DNA from: Candidatus Eremiobacteria bacterium
GTDB taxonomy: Bacteria > Vulcanimicrobiota > Vulcanimicrobiia > Vulcanimicrobiales > Vulcanimicrobiaceae
DNA: 64,000 bases
Direction of reading: 5' to 3'
NCBI GenBank assembly: GCA_963758295.1
Contig: CAVWUU010000004.1
Coordinates: 1,216,001 to 1,280,000 of the forward strand
The translations under genes and the position numbers were made by a program. The notes under the pieces were generated by a model that saw nothing but the letters and a program-made list of their open reading frames with translations, was not told the origin of the DNA and did not search any database. This document shows positions 37,701-46,046 of this stretch, one piece after another. Numbering within the stretch: the first letter of the stretch is position 1; each line of letters opens with the position of its first letter.

Positions 37701-38851
37701 ACGAGCGACGGGATGGGACTATAGGAAATACAGTTCGGCAGCGTCGTGCCGGTAAGGCCAAGGCCCGAAAGGCTTAAGCCCGGTGCACCGGCAGGTGCCG
37801 TTCCGTTCGCGAGACAGGTTGCCCACGGACCCGTGCTCGGAACGCCGGTCAGGAAGTTGTTCACCAAGACGTTCGAGTCTTGGGCATAGCCTTGGAAACC
37901 GAACTCATTGCTACCGTCCGGGTTCAGACTGGCGCCGTTGTTCGACGTGATGAACGCCGGAACGTTATTGGCGCCGCGAAGGCCGACGTACCAGGAGAAC
38001 AGACGGTCCGGAGTCGCACCGCCCGCTTCGAAGTCCAGCTTGTGGTAGAATGCCGGTGCTCCAACTGCGCCGGTTACGTCACCGTACCCCGGGAACGTAC
38101 CGGTCTTAATAACCTGGTTAATATATCCGCCAAGGGTTGCCGAAGCGCCGCCGGCGGGCGAGCCGCCCGTGTAGACTTCGGTTTGCGCGGATCCTAAGTT
38201 CGAGAGCGAATTCGCGCTGTAGTTATCGAACGCGCGATTCACCGGAACGCCGTCGAACTCGTATCCTACCTGGCCGTACGACGAGCCGCGAATGTAGAAT
38301 ACTTGTCCGAAATTGTATGATCCGACGCCTTCGTAGACGCCGGGTTGATTTGCGATCGCGGAGTACGCACTATCGAGATTGTATCCGCCCGCTGAGGTGG
38401 CCGTTTGTTTCGACGTCGCTTCGTTTACCGAATAGACGTCGGACGTCGTGCCGGGCTTCACTAGATTTCCCGCCGCACGAGCTGAGACTTTCGCGATCGT
38501 TTTCAGAGCTTTCGTGAGCTTGAACGCGAGCGTCAGGGTTTGGTCTGCGAAGACCGTCACGCCGGAGTAGGAGATCGGATTGTATCCGTCTTTCTCTACC
38601 GCGAGCGTATACGTGTCCGGAGCAAGGTTTAGAAACGAAAAGGAACCGCGAGCATCCGTTGTTGCCTGAGAGGTCTCGGAGGCCGAGACCGCTTTGACTG
38701 CAACGCCGGATACCGGGGCTCCGCTTTCATCCGTAACCGTACCGCTGATATTTCCCGTCGTGCCTGCCAGTGCCCATGTTACCTGGCTTAGCGCAAACGT
38801 GAAAATCAACGATGCGGTCGCGAACGAACGCAAGGGTCGATATTTCCACAT
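34739..38851 (-). CDS. Very large TonB-dependent receptor (1370 aa)
   Basis: Signal peptide; GNISGTVTDESGAPVSG carboxypeptidase-like domain; plug YIRG...FDGVPVN; FSPRVGFTY; C-terminal FQAYFQLTVKI. Confidence 0.9.
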   Translation of the reverse strand: MWKYRPLRSFATASLIFTFALSQVTWALAGTTGNISGTVTDESGAPVSGVAVKAVSASETSQATTDARGSFSFLNLAPDTYTLAVEKDGYNPISYSGVTVFADQTLTLAFKLTKALKTIAKVSARAAGNLVKPGTTSDVYSVNEATSKQTATSAGGYNLDSAYSAIANQPGVYEGVGSYNFGQVFYIRGSSYGQVGYEFDGVPVNRAFDNYSANSLSNLGSAQTEVYTGGSPAGGASATLGGYINQVIKTGTFPGYGDVTGAVGAPAFYHKLDFEAGGATPDRLFSWYVGLRGANNVPAFITSNNGASLNPDGSNEFGFQGYAQDSNVLVNNFLTGVPSTGPWATCLANGTAPAGAPGLSLSGLGLTGTTLPNCISYSPIPSLVGAGGFGAYGYQTQDRENVINFHVGIPHKKDAGRDDIQLLFDNFSYHSIGWDNFNTGGTGATNVESALSGWAGPTGYGNFWSTLLTGAPLPAPVTNPAAPAFGQWNGSTPNLCAYENFFASVFGSGNGCTIYANSPGPEPYGDSAFLSGVGFGAPASTAAGHVLPYYFPSSPLNRPVGFGQSNNTQSSAFNNGSIEKIQYTKNIGSNAYVRLFGYTFYSDWLQNNPNDNSNFPVFGYGFNPASPDYEVAYHTRGVQLQAADQINAKNLITFTGNYTASVGQRANNSQAATVASNTPSAILMNGSGACFSGAANLGSSGKPIDASYAPGAPAGTPVSCLSALAGAYSSATGTAAASLLNVGAGALPASPVAGADWTIAQNVGAFSNINRVQPRFTTIALQDEFRPNDRIDLNAGVRYESYQYVIPNATDAEGIFWQNQVNSTACVAPTGLLQVPNKNQAPGQSVDPFAAGFGYPSFTTTAPGGTCPFDPVRGEQTYHPGQNGIPEISLVAGGSTLTKSTFSPRVGFTYTANPDTVVRFTYGRYTQPTPTYAEQVLTYVDGYRQAVNVFNSKYYNNGLTSTIHDNPIQYSNNWDLSLEHHFKGTDMSLKLTPFYRWTTSQVISVSLPGGLAGGFNAGTQRSEGVEFQVQKGDPTRNGVSGQLSYTFTDARLKYSLINGQNAITGLRGNLSTFWNLTSNNAYNATTNPTGAAPCYDAGAPVTNCAADPAAVVNPYYNMLPNTSLNTFLAQFPIDGWYPTYANYFPQDLGGVGNDLGTAIPQNVFAGFLAYKHNKFQGSFNAVLQQGTRYGSPALIPGIDPTSCLQNQTAAGVAGGGQLADYQTCAGQVPIPDPATGRFDGVAQFTNPWIFNLGAQLTYDFSPRVSATVSLANILNRCFGGTSTSWSAAYKPNQAVCSYSQNYNAFTGNSTYLGWTPGEAFNTAGAGYFYGQSPADAANGTAGYPNVFNYPYVPVLAGYPFQAYFQLTVKI

Positions 38852-39140
38852 TGCATTAACTTTCTTCTTGCGAAGTACCGTGCAATTAGCGTGGCGCGCG
38901 AGGCGTCACAACATGAACATGCCACCCCGGTCGCTTACTCACCCGGCTAATGGCAGCACTTTGACACAGCGGTGCCTCAAGGAGTACTCAGAACGTGCGG
39001 AAGTGACAAGGAAGTGCCATGTACATCTGCGTCGCGTCACACTCGCGTACTATTGAGTTGCTCGTTGATTAGCCCTCAATAGAGTGTGGGGCGCTATAGC
39101 TTTTGCTACTATAACGCCCTACCGTTTTATCTTTTTCGGC

Positions 39141-40682
39141 TTATTGCCCGATCCAACCGCGTCGTTCAGCGATTGGGACGAGTACCGCGGCAGCTTGGCG
39201 CGACGCGAGTTCGTCGAACGACGCGCGTTCGAGTCCGACATCCGCAAATTCGAACACGCCTATTTCGCGCCAGCGCGCGTTAGGCGGGGTGAAAAGATCA
39301 AGGGCAATTGAGAAATCCTTTGCTTTGACGTACCACCGCCACGCGCGCAAGTATCGCTCGCGTTCTTCTTCTGAATGGCCTTCCAGGCCATGCACGGCCG
39401 CCGCGGTGCAGTGGTTATAGGCGCTTACGGCGGCGTAGCCGCGCTCTTGGGCGACCGCCAGAGACTGCGCCACAAGATTCTTTGCTTCCATCAGCCGGTG
39501 TTGCGCCAAGAACTGTCTTGCCAGCACCGAGTCCATCATCGTCCGGTGCCATGAAGTTTCGGGCAGATCTCCGTAGGCGTCGCCCGCCGGCGCCGAAATG
39601 CCGGACACGAGCGCGATGCGGCGTTCCAAAATCGAAGCTTCCGCGCAAAGCCACACGTGATGCAGCGCGGCGATCCGAGCGGCGGCGGCGAGTTGCCGGG
39701 CTCGCCGTAAATCGCCTTCGTAACAGGCCGCAATTGCTGCCAACAGGCATAAATGCGCCGCGGCAACGGGATCGTGCCGCCGCTGCGCGCCCGCCATGTG
39801 TCTTTTGATTGCGCTTTCGAGATTCGCAAGACGGCCCGAATAACAGAGCACTTCGAGGGTGTGCACCGTCTCTTCGAGGTCTACGTCGGCGTTCGAACCG
39901 CTAACGTACGCGACGACGCGTTGAAGCGAATGTGCCGTACCGCTGCTGCGCGCGGCAAGGAAACGCGCTTGAGTAAGTTCGCGTTGAATCGCGCGGCGCA
40001 TGGCGGGATCGCTCACGAAACGCGAAGCCGCGTCCGACTTTCGCAGATCTTCCTCCGCGCCGGAGATATCACCAAAAAGGCATCGCTGCTGCGACCGTAA
40101 GGCAAAGGCAACGGATACGGACTGTCGCTCCGCCGTCTCGAAGACCGACGCGGGAATTTGCCGCGCCGTTTCGACGTATGCCTTGAGAGCCCGAATCGAT
40201 TCGAAGTCGGCCGACAGGTGCGGCGCGCTCGAAAACACTTCCAGCGCGCCTTCAGGATTCCAATCGACGAGTGTATCGAAAAGCGTTCCTAACGTATCGG
40301 TGGGCTCGGCCTGATAATTCAAGATTGCGCGAAGCTGCCCGGCGAGCATCTTGACGGCCCGTGCCCGATACCGGAAAAACTGCCGCAGCGAAAGGCCCAT
40401 CCGTGAAGCGACCTCGTTGAACGAAAGCGCGCCGTCCAGATCGGACTTCACGACCAGTTCGCTCAAGCGCGCACCCATATGCCCGAGATCTTTAAAAGTG
40501 AGATCGACGAGTTTTTTGAGTGCTTCACCAAGATTCGCACTGCCCGTGAGACGCTGCAGCTCATCAGCTATGGGATCGTCTTCGACACGGTCTGCACGTC
40601 GCGCGGCACCCAGCAGGCGCCGAACGTGGTGCTCGTCGATTGCTGCGGCCGGTCCGGCCGCCGGAGCATTTGCGTTTGCCAT
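39141..40682 (-). CDS. Uncharacterised putative transcriptional regulator (HTH plus helical-repeat domain)
   Basis: LSFNEVASRMGLSLRQFFRYRARAV is HTH-like; remainder Ala/Leu-rich helical; upstream of and co-directional with the receptor. Confidence 0.7.
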   Translation of the reverse strand: MANANAPAAGPAAAIDEHHVRRLLGAARRADRVEDDPIADELQRLTGSANLGEALKKLVDLTFKDLGHMGARLSELVVKSDLDGALSFNEVASRMGLSLRQFFRYRARAVKMLAGQLRAILNYQAEPTDTLGTLFDTLVDWNPEGALEVFSSAPHLSADFESIRALKAYVETARQIPASVFETAERQSVSVAFALRSQQRCLFGDISGAEEDLRKSDAASRFVSDPAMRRAIQRELTQARFLAARSSGTAHSLQRVVAYVSGSNADVDLEETVHTLEVLCYSGRLANLESAIKRHMAGAQRRHDPVAAAHLCLLAAIAACYEGDLRRARQLAAAARIAALHHVWLCAEASILERRIALVSGISAPAGDAYGDLPETSWHRTMMDSVLARQFLAQHRLMEAKNLVAQSLAVAQERGYAAVSAYNHCTAAAVHGLEGHSEEERERYLRAWRWYVKAKDFSIALDLFTPPNARWREIGVFEFADVGLERASFDELASRQAAAVLVPIAERRGWIGQ

Positions 40683-40703
40683 CCAACTATGACCTTAGTT
40701 GAA

Positions 40704-40719
40704 TGACATTCAAATGTCA
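40704..40719. promoter_or_regulatory. Palindrome TGACATT-CA-AATGTCA (candidate autoregulatory operator)
   Basis: Perfect 7-bp arms 21 bp upstream of the regulator ATG; related sites at 38951-38966 and 39004-39019. Confidence 0.55.
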
Positions 40720-40770
40720 GTAAATGTGACCGGGATAAACGTTTATTTAATTCATGAATGCTCGCCGGAC

Positions 40771-42048
40771 TTAGACTTCGGGCAAGCTTTCTGCGATAAT
40801 CACGAGTGTTTCGTCGATGTCGGCCGCGCAATGAGCCGTGGAGACGAACATCACTTCGTTTTGTGACGGTGGCAGTAAAATGCCACGTTCGAGCATGGCT
40901 GCATAGTAGGCGGAGTACTTCTTTTTGTCCGCCAGCAGCGCGTCGTCGTAATTCCGATTGGGTGGCCCCGGCCGGAACTTGAAATCGACGATGGATTCGT
41001 GTTGCACGACGGCGTACGGCAATCCGCGTTTTTCGAAAATCGCACGAATGCCGCCGGCCAAACGCTCCGCGAGCGCGCTCATTGTTTCGTAATACTCCGG
41101 ATGTGCCTCAAGCAAGTCCAGCACGCGATGCGCCATCGCTACCGAGAACGGGTTCCCACCGTGCGTGCCGCCCGTAAAGGTTGCACCCTGTGGCGCGAGC
41201 ACCGCCATGACGTCTTCGCGGCCGCCGAATGCGGCGATTGGTGCGCCGCCGCCCATAATTTTCCCAATCGTGGTCATGTCCGGGACGATGTTCGTACGCG
41301 CTTGGGCGCCACGCAATCCGAAACGTAGCCACGTGATGACTTCATCGAAAATCAGCAGCGCGCCGTAGCTGCTCGCGCGCTCACGCAAGCCTTCCAGAAA
41401 TCCGTTTACAGGCGTCACGTATCCCATGTTGCCGACGATCGGTTCGACGACAATCGCCGCAACGTCGTCTCCACGGCAACGCAGCAATTCGTCCACGCTT
41501 TCGAGGTCGTTGTAGCGCGCCACGACGACGTCGTGCATCACGCCTTGCGGAATTCCGGAAAGCGCGGCGTTCGCCGTGTGCGCGGATGCGCCGGCATTGA
41601 GCAACGCAAGATCGAAGTGGCCGTGGTAGTTTCCCGCAAATTTCAAGATCAAGCTTCGGCGCGTAAATGCACGAGCCACGCGAATGGCGCTCATCACCGC
41701 TTCGGTGCCGGTGGAAACGAATCGCATGCGCTCCATCGAAGGAAGATAGGAACGAATGCGTTCTGCAAGACGCACTTCTTCCGGGTGCGTCGTTCCCCAC
41801 ACGAAGCCGTGTTTCGCGATTTCATCCAGGCCCGTGGTCAACGCGGGATGCGTGTGCCCGAAAAGCAACGGGCCGTACGCCATGATGTAATCGATGTAGC
41901 GGCGTCCATTTTCATCGAAGGCGTAGGCGCCTTCCGCCGAAGCCTGCACGAACATCGGCGCGTTAACGCCCCAGCCGGAGCGGACCGGTGAGTCGCAGCC
42001 GCCTGCGAGAACCGCTTTCGCGCGATCGATCGAAGGTGCGATTTCCAT
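40771..42048 (-). CDS. hemL: Glutamate-1-semialdehyde 2,1-aminomutase
   Basis: GGCDSPVR, YIDYIMAYGP, STGTEA, KFAGNYHGH, FDEVIT, GKIMGGG, PPSQNE. Confidence 0.93.
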   Translation of the reverse strand: MEIAPSIDRAKAVLAGGCDSPVRSGWGVNAPMFVQASAEGAYAFDENGRRYIDYIMAYGPLLFGHTHPALTTGLDEIAKHGFVWGTTHPEEVRLAERIRSYLPSMERMRFVSTGTEAVMSAIRVARAFTRRSLILKFAGNYHGHFDLALLNAGASAHTANAALSGIPQGVMHDVVVARYNDLESVDELLRCRGDDVAAIVVEPIVGNMGYVTPVNGFLEGLRERASSYGALLIFDEVITWLRFGLRGAQARTNIVPDMTTIGKIMGGGAPIAAFGGREDVMAVLAPQGATFTGGTHGGNPFSVAMAHRVLDLLEAHPEYYETMSALAERLAGGIRAIFEKRGLPYAVVQHESIVDFKFRPGPPNRNYDDALLADKKKYSAYYAAMLERGILLPPSQNEVMFVSTAHCAADIDETLVIIAESLPEV

Positions 42049-42179
42049 AAGAATGCCCGCACGTTCACGCCGCGAAATGAACCGCCCTGCGCCGGCAAGC
42101 GGTCCGTCAAAGGTCGCACGGGCTAGTGCGACGTGGGCTGCATAAGGTGGCGGCGGATTGCTGGTAAAGTATTAGCGTC

Positions 42180-43274
42180 ATGCCCCATATCGAGATCGAG
42201 ATCAATCCGCTAACCAACATCAGCGAACTGGTGAAGCAGCTTCCGATTGCCGCGGAAGTTCTTACGCAGTTCGGACTTGGGTGCTCCGGATGCGGCGTCA
42301 GCAAATACGAAACGATCGACCAGGGCGCAAAAGCGCACGGTCTGCGAACCGAGCCGATTATCGCCGCCTTGTCGCAGGCCCGGCTTTCCGGGTTCGTGCC
42401 GTTGATCTCGAATGAAGACCGTCGTCCCACGCGTCGCGCGCCCGGAACGTTCTCCGGACGCGCGCGCATCAAATACGTCGTTCCCGTCATGTCCGGCAAA
42501 GGCGGCGTAGGCAAGTCGCTTGTTACGGCGTTGTTTGCGCTCGGACTTCGCCGCAAACATCTTTCGGTCGGTATTCTGGACGGCGACATTACCGGTCCGT
42601 CGATTCCAAAGCTCTTCGGCCTAACGACGCCGCTCGCGATTGAAGCCGATCCTAACGCGCCGAAAACGCCGCAAGGCAATCCGCAACCCCTGATGGTGCC
42701 GGCCGTTTCGCGCAGCGCCATCGAAGTCGTTAGCGCGAACTTGCTCACCGACAAAGAAGACACGGCGATGATCTGGCGCGGTCCGATTCTTTCGGGCGTC
42801 ATCCGCCAGTTCTACGAACAAGTGTTGTGGAGCGACCTCGACGTGTTGCTCATCGATCTTCCGCCGGGCACGTCGGACGCGCCGCTAACGGTATTGCAAT
42901 CGCTAAGCGTTGACGGTGTCGTGCTCGTAACGATGCCGCAGGCGCTCGCGACGATGATCGTTCGCAAGGCCGCGAATCTCGTGCATCAACTCAAGAAGCC
43001 TATTCTCGGCGTCGTCGAAAACATGTCGTACTTCGTTGCGCCCGACACCGGCACGCGCTACGAAATCTTCGGCCCCTCCTACGCCGACCGCGTCGCCGAA
43101 CTCGCGCAGGCGCCGGTGCTCGCCCGCATTCCGATCGATCCGAAAAAAGCCGCCCTCGCCGACGAAGGGCGCGTCGAAGAGATCGACGACCCCGTCTGCG
43201 ACCAACTCGCTTCCGCCCTCTTAGCCCAACTCGAAGCCCGCCCCAAACCCAAGGAAATCATCTCTATCATCTAA
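42180..43274 (+). CDS. mrp: Mrp/NBP35 (ApbC) ATPase with N-terminal DUF1858-like domain
   Basis: GLGCSGC N-domain; SGKGGVGKS, WRGP, DLPPGTSD, GVVENMS. Confidence 0.93.
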   Translation: MPHIEIEINPLTNISELVKQLPIAAEVLTQFGLGCSGCGVSKYETIDQGAKAHGLRTEPIIAALSQARLSGFVPLISNEDRRPTRRAPGTFSGRARIKYVVPVMSGKGGVGKSLVTALFALGLRRKHLSVGILDGDITGPSIPKLFGLTTPLAIEADPNAPKTPQGNPQPLMVPAVSRSAIEVVSANLLTDKEDTAMIWRGPILSGVIRQFYEQVLWSDLDVLLIDLPPGTSDAPLTVLQSLSVDGVVLVTMPQALATMIVRKAANLVHQLKKPILGVVENMSYFVAPDTGTRYEIFGPSYADRVAELAQAPVLARIPIDPKKAALADEGRVEEIDDPVCDQLASALLAQLEARPKPKEIISII

Positions 43275-43277
43275 CGC

Positions 43278-43416
43278 CCCGTCATGCTAAGCAGCGGCGT
43301 ATGCCGCGTAGTCGAAGCACGGGCGCATCGCATTTGTGCGGATATAGCAGCTAAAAGGCTTTTAAAAAAAGCAAAGCTGATATGCGCTTGTCGTTCGACA
43401 AGCTCAGGATGACGGG
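43278..43416. repeat. REP/MITE-like inverted-repeat element
   Basis: CCCGTCATGCTAAGC...GTCGAAGC and GTTCGACAAGCTCAGGATGACGGG form imperfect terminal inverted repeats around an A-rich core, between convergent genes. Confidence 0.65.
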
Positions 43417-43430
43417 TTCGATCGCCCTCC

Positions 43431-44873
43431 TTAGTCCGGCGACGGAACGGCTTGGAGACTCGCGGCCTTCGCGCGGCGGCTTCCGGCCGCGAAAACGGCA
43501 CAGCCGCTACCGACCATTATCGCGGTTAACAGTAACACCTTGCCCACCGCAAGCGGTTTGTTCGGTTCGTCGGCGGCGGGAACGAGTGCAAGCGCGATTG
43601 CGCCGCTCGTCGTCACGAGCCCAATGAGACCCGCAATCGTCACAGTGATTTTTCCGCCGGGAATGTGAATCGCGTCGAGTCCCGCCGCGGCGCGCAATTT
43701 TATCGCAGATGCGAACAGCAGCAAGAATGGCGCCAGCGTAATGACAACCGTCGAACTAACTAAAACTTCGTAAGCTCCGCGAACCGTAGTTCCGCCCTGG
43801 CCCAAGAAAATGAAGATCACCGAAATCCCGGCCTGCGTTAAAAGCGCGGTGACCGGCGACTTCCAACGCGGATGCATGTGCCCGAACGACGGCGGAAGAT
43901 AGCGATCGATGCCCGCAACGAATGGAATGCGCGCTTCAGCGCCAAGCCAGGCGCCGACGCTGCCCAAACAACTGATCGTCACGAGAATTGCCGCAAACGG
44001 CACGAGGAACGGCAATCCGATGCGGCTCGCAACGTGCCCGATGCCCTGCATGACGCCGGACGACGGATCCACCGCATTCGGCGTTAGCACCGAGAGAAGC
44101 GCGAGCGTTCCAAGAATGTAAATTGCCCCAATCGCCGGCGCCGCAAGCGCAAGACCAAACGGAATCGTTCGCCGCGGGTTTTTCACCTCGCCGGCCATGA
44201 ACGACATGCCTTCAGGGCCGGTCCATGCGAAAGCGATAACGGACCAGAAGATGAGGTCTTTGAGCGCGAAGCCCGGCTTAAGCGTTGCGGCATTAATCGT
44301 CGTTGCGGGCCCGAATTTCCACCATGCCGCGGCCCCAAGCGCAAGCAACAGCAGCGTAACCGTCCAGCGGCTTAGCGCGCCGGCGTTATTCAACCATTTG
44401 GCGGCGTCTAACCCATAAATATTGAGAGCCGTGGCAAGCGCGAGTCCGGCAATAGCGACGGCGATGAAGTACGGTGCGGATCCCGCAAGGCTGCCGCCGG
44501 CGTTCCCTGAGATCCATAGCGCGTTTCCAGCCGTGAAGTACAAAAGCGCCGGAAAGTAAGGCAAATTGGCGGTCCAGTACGTCCAGCCGGTAATAAATCC
44601 GGCGAACGGCCCAAAAGCCGTCTTGCTCCAGACATACATTCCGCCCTCGTCGGGAAAGCGCGAGGCTAGATGGATCACCGCAATCGAGAGCGGCACGAAC
44701 ATCGCGAGACACCCGATAACCCAAACGACGATGGAACTCGGGCCGGCTGCGGCAGCGGTCGCCACCCATTGCAAATTGGAGCCCGCAATTACGAAGAACA
44801 GCACGACGTCGATGAGGCGCATGCTGCGCTTCAATTCTTGTCCGCTCGCCGTCTCCTGGACGTCGGCCGCCAT
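43431..44873 (-). CDS. APC family amino acid/amine permease
   Basis: About 12 TM; LASRFPDEGGMYVW, FAWTGPE, GEVKNPRRTIP. Confidence 0.92.
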   Translation of the reverse strand: MAADVQETASGQELKRSMRLIDVVLFFVIAGSNLQWVATAAAAGPSSIVVWVIGCLAMFVPLSIAVIHLASRFPDEGGMYVWSKTAFGPFAGFITGWTYWTANLPYFPALLYFTAGNALWISGNAGGSLAGSAPYFIAVAIAGLALATALNIYGLDAAKWLNNAGALSRWTVTLLLLALGAAAWWKFGPATTINAATLKPGFALKDLIFWSVIAFAWTGPEGMSFMAGEVKNPRRTIPFGLALAAPAIGAIYILGTLALLSVLTPNAVDPSSGVMQGIGHVASRIGLPFLVPFAAILVTISCLGSVGAWLGAEARIPFVAGIDRYLPPSFGHMHPRWKSPVTALLTQAGISVIFIFLGQGGTTVRGAYEVLVSSTVVITLAPFLLLFASAIKLRAAAGLDAIHIPGGKITVTIAGLIGLVTTSGAIALALVPAADEPNKPLAVGKVLLLTAIMVGSGCAVFAAGSRRAKAASLQAVPSPD

Positions 44874-44924
44874 TGGCTAGGACGTATTAGGCGCGCGGCC
44901 GTAAGATCATTGCGGGAGGTGCCA

Positions 44925-46046
44925 ATGTCGTCGAACAACCCCGGCCCGCTCCAACGTACCCTTCCCCGTGCCGCGTATTGGGACGCCTCGTTCTTTGCGC
45001 GCGAGCAACGCGCGATTTTTTGGGACCAATGGTTTTGCGCGGGACGCATAGGCTCACTCGACACAACGGGCGCGTATCGCGTCGTCGACGTTGCAGGTGA
45101 GAGCGTCATCGTCATTCGCGATGACGACGGCATCCTTCGCGCGCATGCGAACGTTTGCCGCCATCGCGGGAGCCGTTTACTGTGCGGCGAGGGCGTCTTA
45201 CGCGGCGCAATCCGTTGTCCGTACCATGGGTGGGCGTATGCTGCGGACGGCCGCTTGATGGCGACCCCGTTCATCGAATCCGAATGCGTTCCGGCGGAGG
45301 CGAGACGCCTGTACGAGGTGCACGCGGATACTTGGGGCGGATTTCTGTTCCTTCGCGTTCATCCGCCGGCAACTCCGCGGGACGGCCTGGCCGAGCAATT
45401 GAACGGCGTACCGGAACGTCTCGCACGTTATCCATTGGAACAGCTTCGCACCGCAAAGTCGATTCACTATGAAGTAGCGGCGAATTGGAAAGTGATCCTG
45501 GAAAACTACAACGAGTGCTACCATTGCGCGGGCATTCATCCGGAGCTTTGCAAGATCGTTCCGGCGTTCAAGCGCCGCGGCGGCGCCGAGCTCAATTGGG
45601 ACGACGGCATCCCGCATCGCGAAGGCGCGTTTACGTTCACGGCTTCGGGGACGACCGTGCGCGAGCCGTTTCCCGGATTGGACGAACACGAACGCACGCG
45701 CCACAAAGGCGAGCTGATTTATCCAAACGTGATGCTCAGTTTGGCGGCCGACCACGTCGCCGCATTTACCCTCTGGCCACAAGCGCCGGATCGAACGGAG
45801 ATCGTTTGCGATTTTCTATTCTATCCAAGGGAAATCGAACGCGATTGCTTCGATCCGTCGGACGCCGTCGATTTCTGGGATCTCGTGAATCGACAGGACT
45901 GGGCGATTTGCGAAAGCGTGCAAGGCGGCATGCGTTCGGAGTTCTTCCGATACGGCTACTATGCGCCGATGGAAGATTACAGTCTGGATATCCGGCGTTA
46001 TGTCGGCGAGCGCGTCGGCATCCAAGCCTTCGAGACGGAGGCGTAA
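44925..46046 (+). CDS. Rieske non-heme iron oxygenase alpha subunit (GbcA/choline monooxygenase-like)
   Basis: CRHRG...CPYHGW Rieske site; NWKVILENYNECYHC...HP; QDWAICE; GGAGG RBS before ATG 44925. Confidence 0.93.
   Translation: MSSNNPGPLQRTLPRAAYWDASFFAREQRAIFWDQWFCAGRIGSLDTTGAYRVVDVAGESVIVIRDDDGILRAHANVCRHRGSRLLCGEGVLRGAIRCPYHGWAYAADGRLMATPFIESECVPAEARRLYEVHADTWGGFLFLRVHPPATPRDGLAEQLNGVPERLARYPLEQLRTAKSIHYEVAANWKVILENYNECYHCAGIHPELCKIVPAFKRRGGAELNWDDGIPHREGAFTFTASGTTVREPFPGLDEHERTRHKGELIYPNVMLSLAADHVAAFTLWPQAPDRTEIVCDFLFYPREIERDCFDPSDAVDFWDLVNRQDWAICESVQGGMRSEFFRYGYYAPMEDYSLDIRRYVGERVGIQAFETEA

Noticed and set aside
39084..39311. Small plus-strand ORFs (75 and 65 aa) as possible signal peptides for the regulator
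   Set aside because: No RBS, overlap the regulator antisense, no peptide-precursor features
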